Positions 1 to 8,898 of a stretch of DNA of 64,000 bases are shown here, in pieces. Source of the stretch: a virus; IMG/VR virus record IMGVR_UViG_3300027896_000023, positions 1 to 64,000 of that record. One strand, 5' to 3'. Each line of letters starts with the position of its first letter. Position 1 is the first letter of the stretch. The notes under the pieces are model-generated. The model saw nothing but the letters and a program-made list of their open reading frames with translations. It did no database searches and had not been told where the DNA came from. Made by a program: the position numbers and the translations under genes.

Positions 1-166
1 TTATTTATAGAATAGCCTATCCGCCGTAACATTACGCAGGCAGCAGCTTCCCGTCGCAACCTCGGAACATGCAACCAGCAAACCTCGTGGGGCTTGCTCA
101 CTCGGCTCTAGGACTATAAAAAACACTTAGTCTAAAAAAGTGGGCCTAACAGTCTAAACTTTTGTA

Positions 167-799
167 TTAGTACCATGCATAATCGACGTGTTTACTTGAC
201 GGAGGACTAATCTCGTTTTCTTTCAGTAACTTCAATCTGTATTCTTCTCCGTCTGGGCTTTCAGAATATTTGTAGTAAATTGCTTCGTACATAACAAGTA
301 AACCATTCCAGCCTCGTAGTTTCCAGGGGAACCAGCTGCGGTAGTAAAGTTTCCAGCCCCAAGGCAGAAACCATTTATGGCCGCCAAACGCTGTGTCTTT
401 TTGTCCATGTAACCTGCTGTAGAGTCGAAGAAGGTGACCGAGGGTTTGCCAGGCGGGTTTGAATCGTTTACGTTTTATGTCACGGGCTATGATAAAGGGG
501 ATACATGTTAACTCATTCAGGATGATTTTCAGGTTTCCTGTGGGAGAGAGAACGTGGATTATGCCCCTTAATTTGCAAACGAAAGCAAACTCGTTTAATG
601 CATCATAGGGGTGCACTGAGAGATGTTCCATAACGTTTGAAGCGTAGATGTAACTGAATGTTCCAGCTTGAAACGGCAGGCAGCTGGCGTCTGCAATCAC
701 GTATGCAGTATTGCGTTTGTGATCGAAGGCTGCCCGGCGGATGTCGACGTTAACATCTGAGAACCGTGTGCCTGCGGATCCAACGTTGAGAGTTACCAA
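167..799 (-). CDS. Class I SAM-dependent methyltransferase (Methyltransf_11-like)
   Basis: LNVGSAG motif I, NVDI, ADASCLPF and NVMEHL motifs. Confidence 0.7.
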   Translation of the reverse strand: MVTLNVGSAGTRFSDVNVDIRRAAFDHKRNTAYVIADASCLPFQAGTFSYIYASNVMEHLSVHPYDALNEFAFVCKLRGIIHVLSPTGNLKIILNELTCIPFIIARDIKRKRFKPAWQTLGHLLRLYSRLHGQKDTAFGGHKWFLPWGWKLYYRSWFPWKLRGWNGLLVMYEAIYYKYSESPDGEEYRLKLLKENEISPPSSKHVDYAWY

Positions 800-1605
800 T
801 ATTTCTTCTCCAACAACATATCGATTATTATGTTACGGGCTTTCCAGTTTAAGTGCACGTCATCCAGGAGGTACTCGGATGCAATAAGGCCATCTGGACC
901 CGCTGTTCTGGACAAGATGTCTATGTAGGGAAAGTTTTTTGCTTTACAATACGCTTTCATTTTCTCGTTAAATTCCCGGAAGATCTCAGCCATAACTACA
1001 GGTGTAGGATAATCTGGGTAGCCATATCCATTGTCTTGGTAACCAGCAGGCGGAATCCCCAGAACAATAAAGCCAACTTTTTTGGCGGCTAGATCCTCAA
1101 GCAGCAACCCGTATCTCTTAACGGTCTCATCAACCAATTCGGATATTGGTCTGTTCTGTTTCTTGCTTTGATAGTAGATATGTATACGGCAGTCGACTTC
1201 TCCAAACACCAGGATAACATTTTGTCCGTCAGTGCACTGGAGAAATGCATAGAAGATATTCCTGGAGTCAGTGGTGCTTCGTTCTGCAACTAGGTTGTAG
1301 GCGGTAGGCGCCTTCATCTGAAACACATAGAAGCCAGATGTATTGTTGAAGATCCTGGCGTGGCTATCGCCTATAACGAAGAAATGCATCCCTTTTTGTT
1401 TTTGGTACATTTCTAATTCACCTTTACTCAACGGCTTTATCAATGCTTCTTCGCAGATCTTTTCAGCTTCTGCAGGTGTAGCTGCTGAGAAAGCAGCATA
1501 AAGGGCTGCCACGTGGCTTTCAGTTAGAAAAATCTCCGTTGCTTCACCGCAGCGGTTGCAAGTGGTGGTAACGCGTACTGCTTTTTCTTTCGGTTCAACA
1601 GCCAT
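793..1605 (-). CDS. SGNH/GDSL hydrolase-like protein with an N-terminal CxxC segment
   Basis: IGDSHA block I, FGEVDCR block III, DDVHLN block V. Confidence 0.7.
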   Translation of the reverse strand: MAVEPKEKAVRVTTTCNRCGEATEIFLTESHVAALYAAFSAATPAEAEKICEEALIKPLSKGELEMYQKQKGMHFFVIGDSHARIFNNTSGFYVFQMKAPTAYNLVAERSTTDSRNIFYAFLQCTDGQNVILVFGEVDCRIHIYYQSKKQNRPISELVDETVKRYGLLLEDLAAKKVGFIVLGIPPAGYQDNGYGYPDYPTPVVMAEIFREFNEKMKAYCKAKNFPYIDILSRTAGPDGLIASEYLLDDVHLNWKARNIIIDMLLEKKYW

Positions 1606-1607
1606 AA

Positions 1608-1931
1608 TTATCCTCTCCGGTAGCTACCATGTATACCTTGAAACCCCATATATGCACGTTTGTCAAAACGATGAGACACAAACTTATGCTTAAGACTAAT
1701 CGTAAGCTTAACTTTAGGCGTAAACTTAAGTTTGCCTTTCACTCTACCATGGATACTTTTCTCTGTTGGAAACAGATCTACGCGGCCAAGAGTGTCAACC
1801 CAGAACAGAGGAAAAAGATGATGCCCTTCCGCCGGGACAGAGTAGTTGAAATAAAATGATATATCGGTAGCAGCTGAGATCCAATAGTGTGATAAGGGAC
1901 TACTCGTGGCCGCGCTTGTGGTTGACTGCAT
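1608..1931 (-). CDS. Hypothetical protein
   Basis: ORF tiles within the minus-strand operon. Confidence 0.4.
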   Translation of the reverse strand: MQSTTSAATSSPLSHYWISAATDISFYFNYSVPAEGHHLFPLFWVDTLGRVDLFPTEKSIHGRVKGKLKFTPKVKLTISLKHKFVSHRFDKRAYMGFQGIHGSYRRG

Positions 1932-2130
1932 GTTCTCTCACTTTAGCGGCTTCTATTAGATTAATTTTCAGGACATCCCCAGTTGTTAAGTTGTACCTAT
2001 TGATTACTGTGGGATCTATGGTAACGTAGTAGATGCCGCCTGAGTGCTTTACTTTCTTCAAAACAATAAGTCCGATCCGTTCTACAGAGTTAATTATCTC
2101 CGTTTCCGAATTATTTTGACCATGAGACAA
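1900..2130 (-). CDS. AbrB/SpoVT-like DNA-binding protein
   Basis: KKVKHSGGIYYVTIDPTVINRYNLTTGDVLKI pattern; TATA-like TTTATATA upstream. Confidence 0.6.
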   Translation of the reverse strand: MSHGQNNSETEIINSVERIGLIVLKKVKHSGGIYYVTIDPTVINRYNLTTGDVLKINLIEAAKVREHAVNHKRGHE

Positions 2131-2344
2131 GGGTTATCGCCAGATTGCTTATTGCGTCTTTTATATATAAAACAATCCATATCGCAGGTATCTATACATG
2201 GATAAAACATCCAACCTATACATTAACATGCACATAAGCAGGGCTAATTAGTAGAGACCAGTGGCATCGTGAATGCATGGGAAAATCAGGCTATTGGCCC
2301 AAGAATTTCCTTACGACGTTCTTGTAGACGTTTCTTTTGGTTTT

Positions 2345-2548
2345 TCATCCAGGTACCTGTTTTTTCTTTTTGAAACGAATAATTATGTCGACAAATTGTT
2401 CGGTCTCTGTAACTGTAGAGATCACGTATGGATCGTGGGCTTTAACAAAAAATAGTTGATTCTGCCGAAGTTTCTCCGGGAGAAGACAATAGAGGCTGTT
2501 GTTTGTTTTGTAAACGGATCCTGGAAGATCCGGGTGAGTTTCGTTCAT
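2345..2548 (-). CDS. Small hypothetical protein, possibly AbrB-like
   Basis: GSVYKTNNSLYCLLP resembles the AbrB N-terminal hairpin. Confidence 0.4.
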   Translation of the reverse strand: MNETHPDLPGSVYKTNNSLYCLLPEKLRQNQLFFVKAHDPYVISTVTETEQFVDIIIRFKKKKQVPG

Positions 2549-2613
2549 AGTGATCTAAAAAGGTATCAGCTAACGTAATATATATATTTTCAGTTCAATA
2601 AGAAAATAGGGGT

Positions 2614-3240
2614 TTAAGTGGTTATAGTCACAGACATAGGTCCACTTAAGATCGAGTTCAACCCAACAACACACGCGCTGGATTGACCGCCCGTCTTGTT
2701 CTTCGCCCATAAGCGTACTCGGTCGTAGACTCCGGTGAAAACAACTGCAACTGAAGTTCCTTTAGTAACGTTGATGTCTGTTTGCGCTACACCTGCAGTA
2801 TTCGAGATCGGTGACCAGGCGTCGACGTCAGCGTTATATCCTTCAATTTTATATGTGATGTCGTTTTGGGCAGCTGCTAAAATCGTGATCGTATGCAACG
2901 CGTATCCAGGAACATCTTCATCGAAGACTTCAGTGTAGGCGTTAAGTGTTTTGATAGAGTTCGATAGGCTTTTCTCTGTTACCCAGTTGTTGATGCGGGC
3001 CACTTTGTACTTGAAGTTAGATGCAACATACAAGCTTGAAGACATATCATTTGAAACAGATTCTCGGACGTCAAAGCTTGATTGCAGATTTTTGGTGCTG
3101 ACTTTACGAACTTGGAAACTGGAACTAAGATTTTTACTGGTTGACTTTCTGCAAGTAAAACTACTGGTTAATTCTTTGCTACCTTCTTTTTCAATTGAAA
3201 AATCTGAAGATAGATCATACGAATCGTCTGATAGGCTCAT
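2614..3240 (-). CDS. Putative virion protein with about five 15-aa xLSSSFxxRK repeats and a beta-rich C-terminus
   Basis: Same repeat type as 57388-61986; lies downstream of MCP. Confidence 0.6.
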   Translation of the reverse strand: MSLSDDSYDLSSDFSIEKEGSKELTSSFTCRKSTSKNLSSSFQVRKVSTKNLQSSFDVRESVSNDMSSSLYVASNFKYKVARINNWVTEKSLSNSIKTLNAYTEVFDEDVPGYALHTITILAAAQNDITYKIEGYNADVDAWSPISNTAGVAQTDINVTKGTSVAVVFTGVYDRVRLWAKNKTGGQSSACVVGLNSILSGPMSVTITT

Positions 3241-3285
3241 ACGGTTACTTCTCCTGTCTTAACTTTTATGCTTTATTACTTAGCG

Positions 3286-3308
3286 AAACAAAAAAAAGAA
3301 AATGGGGG
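3286..3308 (-). terminator. Archaeal oligo-T terminator after the capsid operon
   Basis: Minus strand reads CCCCCATTTTCTTTTTTTTGTTT just after the stop of 3332-3574. Confidence 0.5.
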
Positions 3309-3331
3309 TAGTGGTTATTTTTGAAGGAACA

Positions 3332-3574
3332 CTATTTTGGTGGTTCAACCCACATTGGTTTGCCATCCACTACCTGGAAAGGTGTATCTGGCATTGGGTT
3401 AACTGACCGGTTGCCGAACGCAAGATGCTGTGATCCTAAAGGATCCATTACGGGTTGCTTTGCTGGTTCAAGCTGTGCTTCACCGAAGGCATGGTTGCGA
3501 TCGCCTTTTGGCATCGGTTTCATGCCTGTGGTTTTGCCTGGGTTGCCAAAGAACAGACGCGTTGACTCTGGCAT
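3332..3574 (-). CDS. Small Pro-rich hypothetical protein in the head operon
   Basis: Tightly coupled to 3576-3962. Confidence 0.5.
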   Translation of the reverse strand: MPESTRLFFGNPGKTTGMKPMPKGDRNHAFGEAQLEPAKQPVMDPLGSQHLAFGNRSVNPMPDTPFQVVDGKPMWVEPPK

Positions 3575-3575
3575 T

Positions 3576-3962
3576 TTATTCGCCTACCGCCATGAACGGA
3601 AAGATTATCGCTGAGACGTTAGTGAGGTTTGCGATTTCAGATCCAATTCCTGTGTACATCAGTATCTTCTTTGTTGAGTGGTTGAATACAGCGTAGTATG
3701 TGCCTGTTGTGTCTAATTGAACGACCACACGGTAGTTTCCAAGTGGAAACTTGCCTGGGCTAGTGAGTTTTGTAAGATCACATTTCACTCCGCCAGTTTT
3801 GTACATGTGCCCTTTGACTGTTCCGTAGATTACGGTTTGTGCGCGACCGTTTATTCTATCGGATAGTTCACATGGAAAAGCTTGGTCGTCAATGGCTAAC
3901 GTTGCTTGTCGTAGAACAATGAAGGCTTCAGAAAGATTAGTGCTGTCGGCGATTGCTGGCAT
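3576..3962 (-). CDS. Putative capsid decoration/minor head protein (paralog 2)
   Basis: Follows MCP; shares CDL..FP.G.YRV...KK.L..T..G.E and terminal F.A.GE with 3968-4306. Confidence 0.55.
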   Translation of the reverse strand: MPAIADSTNLSEAFIVLRQATLAIDDQAFPCELSDRINGRAQTVIYGTVKGHMYKTGGVKCDLTKLTSPGKFPLGNYRVVVQLDTTGTYYAVFNHSTKKILMYTGIGSEIANLTNVSAIIFPFMAVGE

Positions 3963-3967
3963 TTTGG

Positions 3968-4306
3968 TTATTCCCCTATGGCTATGAAGCTAAAGATTCC
4001 GTTGGTTGATTGGTCACTTGCGCCTGCTTCTGTTCCAAGCGATGTGAATACTAGTAGTTTCTTGTTGTCTGCATCGTAGAGTCCAAGTCTATTTCCAGTG
4101 TTGCTGACCGGGTTTAAAATAACCCGATATTTGCCAGCTGGGAAATAGCTACTTAGGTCACATGAATCTCCACCGCTGTCTGCTGCATGGCTACTTGACG
4201 CCGTTAAGGTTCCACGTATGACCCGTTGACCACGTTGTTGCACTCGACCGCCGGACTCTTCTCCTGCGAAGGCCGTGTTGTCAAGTGATACCGTACAGTT
4301 ACCCAA
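3968..4306 (-). CDS. Putative capsid decoration/minor head protein (paralog 1)
   Basis: Immediately after MCP; paralog of 3576-3962. Confidence 0.55.
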   Translation of the reverse strand: MGNCTVSLDNTAFAGEESGGRVQQRGQRVIRGTLTASSSHAADSGGDSCDLSSYFPAGKYRVILNPVSNTGNRLGLYDADNKKLLVFTSLGTEAGASDQSTNGIFSFIAIGE

Positions 4307-4312
4307 AGGTGA

Positions 4313-5539
4313 TTACTCCTTTAGGTCTCTGATCTTGCATTGTACGTTGAAACGGGTGCAGATCTCGTCGGCCATAGTTCTGTATAGACCCTTGTCGCCT
4401 AACGCGTTCACTGCGAATGGGTTGCCTGTGCTGATACCTGCTTCGAAGTATTGTGTTGGCTTTGCAATCTTCATGAGTAGGTAGTCTGTGTCTTCAAGAT
4501 AGAATCTGCTTAAGCCTACTGGAGTTCCACTTGGTTGGTCTGCGAGTGCGTCCTTGGTTGGAATCATTGGGACACCGTTGTAGGTTGCAACTATGAAGCC
4601 TGCTGCCATGCCTTCTACGCCTTTGACTCCGCCGTATGTTGGTACAACTGTCTTGTATTCAACAAAGCGTTGCTGGGCCTGTAGAAGTCTCTGGACTGCT
4701 TTCAATCCGTCGAAACCTGTTTGGATTACTTTTGGTGTTCCGCCTGCTTGCCAAACGTCTTTGAATGCGCCATCCATGATGTCTAAGGTTAAGCTTCTGA
4801 GTGTTGGGTTGCTTCCACTGTACTCGATGATTGCGTCTGCCCAAGAATAGTTTGAAGCATCTGATCGGTTGACTGTTGATCCGTTAACGTAAACGTCGTT
4901 GCTTGCTGCATGAGGTGACAGTGATCCATCTGCGCCTTTGAGTGTGCCATCAGATTCAACTTTTGCGCTAAAGATGCGGTCTAAGCTTTGTACGTCGTAA
5001 CCTTCCTGGGTTGCGCCAACAGCTACTCCTTCAGCGTTCAACATACGGTTGATGTGTTCTGCATGATGAAGACCCATGATCTCTCTCATTTGTCTCATGT
5101 AGTCTCCAAGAGAATCATCAATCGTGCCGAGGAATTGGGCTGCTTCTGACGCGTTGAAGCTGTGACCAACAGTTTTTGGTTTGCTGTAGAGTTGCATCCA
5201 TGTGGGCTTTAGAGTATCTGGAATTCCACTGTTGTCTACTAGTCCGCCTGGTACAACTGTGTATCCGCCTGAGATACCATACGTGGTGAATGCTGGTTTC
5301 TTTGTCAGTACACGGAAACCACTGTGATCCCATACTGCTTTAGGCTGCATTGCAAAAGTGTTGGCTTCAAGGTTCAATTGACTCCAAATCTTAGCGCCGT
5401 AAATCGGGTTGTAAATTCCGGTTGTCGTGGTTAAAATTGGTGCATCTGCTTTCATTATGTTGTCGGCTAAGCCGAGTCCGTAGTAGTAACGTTCCATGTC
5501 TTCCATGGTTCTAATTTGGAAAATACTTTGTCCTGACAT
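4313..5539 (-). CDS. Major capsid protein (HK97 fold, magrovirus/halovirus-like)
   Basis: RTMEDMERYYYG, KADAPIL, IYGAKIWSQLN, VATYNGVPMIP and GLYRTM motifs; position after the protease. Confidence 0.9.
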   Translation of the reverse strand: MSGQSIFQIRTMEDMERYYYGLGLADNIMKADAPILTTTTGIYNPIYGAKIWSQLNLEANTFAMQPKAVWDHSGFRVLTKKPAFTTYGISGGYTVVPGGLVDNSGIPDTLKPTWMQLYSKPKTVGHSFNASEAAQFLGTIDDSLGDYMRQMREIMGLHHAEHINRMLNAEGVAVGATQEGYDVQSLDRIFSAKVESDGTLKGADGSLSPHAASNDVYVNGSTVNRSDASNYSWADAIIEYSGSNPTLRSLTLDIMDGAFKDVWQAGGTPKVIQTGFDGLKAVQRLLQAQQRFVEYKTVVPTYGGVKGVEGMAAGFIVATYNGVPMIPTKDALADQPSGTPVGLSRFYLEDTDYLLMKIAKPTQYFEAGISTGNPFAVNALGDKGLYRTMADEICTRFNVQCKIRDLKE

Positions 5540-5540
5540 T

Positions 5541-6350
5541 TTAACTCGCTCCTGAGTTCATTATTTGGTTTCTACGATCGTTGAGGTTGTGTACTTGACC
5601 GAATGGAGTCTTGTACATTTCTTGCAGAGTTCTTGGACCTGTTACGGTTGGTGCTGGTGCCCCGATTTCTTCTGGGCCTGCGCCTGGTGTGGATGCTGAT
5701 TTCCTGATGGTTGATGCTTGGTGCTTGAGATTCTCAGCAACTTCAGCTGCTGTTGGTAGATGCGCTGATTTCTGGATTGTTAGTGAGTCCTGGACCAGTT
5801 TCGTTAGGTTTTCAACTGCTTTCTCAAGTTTCTCCATTTTGAGATCCGACTTCGAGATGTGGGCTTTCTCAGCCATCTTCTGAACCATCTTGGACATTTC
5901 AGCGGGAAGTAGTCCTTTAGCGTCAAGGTCTAGTAAACTTTTGAGTGCAGCTTCATCCATGACTTCTTTGCTGGCTGCTTCTTTCGCGGCTGCTTCTTTA
6001 GCTGCGGCTTCCTTGGCTGCGGCTTCAGCATCTTTCTCTGGTGCTTCTGCAGCTGCTGGTGGAAACGCGGCTTCTTTTTGTGGGGCTACTGGTGCGGCTG
6101 CGGCTGGTGGAAATGCAGCTTCCTTCTCTGGTGCGGGTGGGCAAGCGGCTTCTTTTTCTGGCGGGTCATCAGTTATGGCTGCTGGATCCATACCTGCTTT
6201 TTTCAGTAATTCTTCCATTTTGGCTACGCGGGTTTTTCGTGAGGCGATTGCTGGTCCTGTGGTGCTGGTTCCAACTTTGTTGCCTTCGCTGGGGCCAGTA
6301 CCTGTTCCAACAATTTCTTGTGTTCCTATTGTTTTAGCTATATTTGACAA
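5541..6350 (-). CDS. Putative nested in-frame scaffolding protein (internal TTG start)
   Basis: Internal copy of the late promoter at 6383-6402, GAGGA RBS, in-frame TTG at 6350. Confidence 0.5.
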   Translation of the reverse strand: MSNIAKTIGTQEIVGTGTGPSEGNKVGTSTTGPAIASRKTRVAKMEELLKKAGMDPAAITDDPPEKEAACPPAPEKEAAFPPAAAAPVAPQKEAAFPPAAAEAPEKDAEAAAKEAAAKEAAAKEAASKEVMDEAALKSLLDLDAKGLLPAEMSKMVQKMAEKAHISKSDLKMEKLEKAVENLTKLVQDSLTIQKSAHLPTAAEVAENLKHQASTIRKSASTPGAGPEEIGAPAPTVTGPRTLQEMYKTPFGQVHNLNDRRNQIMNSGAS

Positions 6351-7772
6351 ATTCTCGTCCTCTGTTGATCTCTCTCGGCTATCTATGTTTTTAAGCGTTC
6401 TGTCAACGTTACTCTCTAGCGTAACTGTTGACTGTTCGGTTGAGGCTTTTTCTTGTTCTTCAGCTACTTCATGACCAAATTTTTTCATGGCAGCCTTAGC
6501 TTTTCCTTTCATTTCAGACCACTCGGCTTCTGAGTATCCGCCTGCTTCGCGGTTCTTGTCAACGTGAAGATAGTTCCAGGCAGCTTGCACGTGTTCCTCA
6601 TCGAGAGGATACTTGAAGTTCGCTGGATCTGCAAACTGGTCATCTGGGATATGCACGTATTCTTTCGGCTTAGACTTGTGGCCTTCTGGCTTCTGTTCGA
6701 TCAATGCGATGGCGCCGTCGACTCCTGCTGCAGCAGGCACTGGATCTGCTTTAGCTACAGGAATTAACGCCAGGTGAAACAGCGGTGTTGCATCCGGGTA
6801 AGCTGAAGCGTCTGTGCCAAAGACGTAGCCTAGATCTGGCCAGCATTCTGCAGGTATAGCTTTGCTGAATTGTGTTTGGATCTGTCGACGCAGCGGATTC
6901 TCTGCATCCATCTTCACAATCAAGTCTACTGAGTGGCTATCTCCTTTCGCTATGATGTCTGCCTGGCACACAAAGTTCTCCCGGAGAATGAATGTTTTAT
7001 TCAGGATGTTTGGCATGATGCTGAGTTCTTTGAGGATCTGTTCGCCTTTGGAAAGTTCTGCGCTTTTCGCTATGAATGTGGCTTCATCTATGAGTCCCAT
7101 GTCTTTGTAGCTTTTGAGAACCTCAAATCCTGACAGCGTGTTCTTGCCACGTTTGCAGATGGTAACTTCGTAGAGTTCAATGTCGTCAATCTGCCAGAAC
7201 GGCCCCATGGATCCTTTCGCTACTGGACGTCGTTTGAGGCATCTTCCGCCTATGCTGAAAGCATTCAGTTCGCCCTTGCAAGCCATATCCCAAACGCGAT
7301 TTGCAATCTCTAAGTCATCTCGTAATTCGCAGAGAACGTAGAGTCCGCGATCATCCACATGGGTGTAGTGGTCTTTGCCCTGGCTGTCTTTGATGTGTTC
7401 ACCCAGGAGAATTTTACCAAGAGTTATGTTGCTATGTTCGAGGTTTACATTGGCGTATTTTTCTCCTGCAGCAACCATTTTTGTGAGGGCATTCTGCAGG
7501 GCTGGAAGCGTGATAAGTTCGTTTTGTTTATCGATTACTTCCACACTGGCGTATCCGCCGATTAAGCGGCGTTTGCCGTCTTTGAATATGTTGTCAGAAG
7601 TGAACCGTGCATCTATTCTAATGTAAGATGGATACGGTTTTTCGACAAGTTCTTTCAACAGATAATTTGTAATTGGGTGTTCAAGCACCATTTTCGCCGT
7701 TGGATCTCCGGCAAAAGCGCTTTTCTCCAGGTCAGAAAGTAAGGTAGTTACGTCTGTTCGCATCTTAATCAA
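5541..7772 (-). CDS. HK97-family prohead protease fused to a DUF6582-like domain and a scaffold region
   Basis: IGGYASVEVIDKQNELI, NLEHSN (His), LNAFSIGG (Ser), LYEVTIC; FADPANFKYPLDEEHVQAAW; Ala/Pro/Glu-rich C-terminus. Confidence 0.88.
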   Translation of the reverse strand: MIKMRTDVTTLLSDLEKSAFAGDPTAKMVLEHPITNYLLKELVEKPYPSYIRIDARFTSDNIFKDGKRRLIGGYASVEVIDKQNELITLPALQNALTKMVAAGEKYANVNLEHSNITLGKILLGEHIKDSQGKDHYTHVDDRGLYVLCELRDDLEIANRVWDMACKGELNAFSIGGRCLKRRPVAKGSMGPFWQIDDIELYEVTICKRGKNTLSGFEVLKSYKDMGLIDEATFIAKSAELSKGEQILKELSIMPNILNKTFILRENFVCQADIIAKGDSHSVDLIVKMDAENPLRRQIQTQFSKAIPAECWPDLGYVFGTDASAYPDATPLFHLALIPVAKADPVPAAAGVDGAIALIEQKPEGHKSKPKEYVHIPDDQFADPANFKYPLDEEHVQAAWNYLHVDKNREAGGYSEAEWSEMKGKAKAAMKKFGHEVAEEQEKASTEQSTVTLESNVDRTLKNIDSRERSTEDENLSNIAKTIGTQEIVGTGTGPSEGNKVGTSTTGPAIASRKTRVAKMEELLKKAGMDPAAITDDPPEKEAACPPAPEKEAAFPPAAAAPVAPQKEAAFPPAAAEAPEKDAEAAAKEAAAKEAAAKEAASKEVMDEAALKSLLDLDAKGLLPAEMSKMVQKMAEKAHISKSDLKMEKLEKAVENLTKLVQDSLTIQKSAHLPTAAEVAENLKHQASTIRKSASTPGAGPEEIGAPAPTVTGPRTLQEMYKTPFGQVHNLNDRRNQIMNSGAS
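5960..6170 (-). repeat. Coding repeats EKEAA(F/C)PPA and AAAKE in the scaffold region
   Basis: Visible in the translation. Confidence 0.7.
6383..6402 (-). promoter_or_regulatory. Putative late promoter CAGAACGCTTAAAAACATAG (internal copy)
   Basis: 20/20 identical to 7791-7810; contains TATA-like CTTAAAAA. Confidence 0.7.
7400..7455. repeat. 56-bp segment duplicated exactly at 37080-37135
   Basis: CACCCAGGAGAATTTTACCAAGAGTTATGTTGCTATGTTCGAGGTTTACATTGGCG at both loci. Confidence 0.95.
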
Positions 7773-7790
7773 CAGAGACCGTTCGGTTAA

Positions 7791-7810
7791 CTATGTTTTT
7801 AAGCGTTCTG
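7791..7810 (-). promoter_or_regulatory. Putative late promoter of the protease-MCP operon
   Basis: TATA-like element about 25 nt upstream of the start; motif repeated elsewhere. Confidence 0.75.
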
Positions 7811-7852
7811 TTGAACAGAAAACGTAAATACTTATACCTCTAACGTAGATGC

Positions 7853-8710
7853 ATGACAGCCAAAGATAGTTTTCCTTTGAAACTTGGGTTAAATCCTTCA
7901 CGTATTGATGTACGGAACCTACAGTTTGCAGAAATGCTTTCTCCAACTGTGCCATTGCCGCCGATCCCAGAATCTTTTGACATAGACCAAATTTCTTTCA
8001 AGGAAAACATGTTTGGCAACGACATGTGGGGCGACTGTGTAATGGCTTGGCGTGCCAACCAAACCCTGCGGTTTGAGTATTGTTCTCAGAAAAAACAAAT
8101 CCCGATCACAACAAACGAGGTTCTCAACGAATATTGGATTGAACAGGGATACAAACCATCAAGCTGTTTTCTCAAGAACGCTGTCTCTCCAAAGCCAGAC
8201 GGCGGCTTAAGCATGCTGGATTCTCTCACAGCCTGGAGAAAAAATGGTTGGCAGGCAGCTGGAAAACATTACGACATTTACGCTTTCCTACAGCTTCCAG
8301 TTGCAAACGATTGGTGGGGGCAGGCACCTACAAATCCAACTCTTGCTGCAGAAATGGCCAAAGCCGACATGCTTCTAGGACAAGCAATGTATTTGCTGAA
8401 TGGTGCTGGTATTGCAGTCAATATGACTAACACCACTATGAAACAGTTTAAAGCAAATAAAAACTGGGATCTCACAGATCCAATAGACCGAACAATAATA
8501 GGCGGGCACGCGATCTACTTTACTGGCAAAAATACAACTGGTCCAGTTGCGATCAGCTGGGGCAAAAAAGTTCAGTTAACCTGGGCATGGTGGCACGTTT
8601 ACTCCAGTGAAGCATTCTGCATAGTCGACAACAAAGACAACTTCTTACCAAGTGATCCAATCAATATACCACTTCTGGAAAGCTACATGAACGCAATCGG
8701 GGCACAATAA
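7853..8710 (+). CDS. Papain-like (C1-related) cysteine peptidase
   Basis: NDMWGDCV (Cys), GGHAI (His), ISWG. Confidence 0.7.
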   Translation: MTAKDSFPLKLGLNPSRIDVRNLQFAEMLSPTVPLPPIPESFDIDQISFKENMFGNDMWGDCVMAWRANQTLRFEYCSQKKQIPITTNEVLNEYWIEQGYKPSSCFLKNAVSPKPDGGLSMLDSLTAWRKNGWQAAGKHYDIYAFLQLPVANDWWGQAPTNPTLAAEMAKADMLLGQAMYLLNGAGIAVNMTNTTMKQFKANKNWDLTDPIDRTIIGGHAIYFTGKNTTGPVAISWGKKVQLTWAWWHVYSSEAFCIVDNKDNFLPSDPINIPLLESYMNAIGAQ

Positions 8711-8898
8711 TGAACTGGTTAGCTTTGATCGTTTTAATCATAGGTGTCTGCGTTATAGCTGACGGCCTTGGAAGCGCCTGGGTAAAAGATGGACAATACC
8801 ACAACGTATGGTTTGATTCAGAAAGATATTTGCGGGCATTTGCCGGCGCCGTTTTATTTGTGATCGCCGTAATATGGATGCTTAATCTACACCTGTAG
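8710..8898 (+). CDS. Small 2-TM membrane protein (holin-like candidate)
   Basis: Two hydrophobic segments; TAATG coupling to the peptidase gene. Confidence 0.55.
   Translation: MNWLALIVLIIGVCVIADGLGSAWVKDGQYHNVWFDSERYLRAFAGAVLFVIAVIWMLNLHL

Noticed and set aside
5611-6474. Ala/Ser-rich plus-strand ORFs
   Set aside because: Antisense to the low-complexity scaffold region
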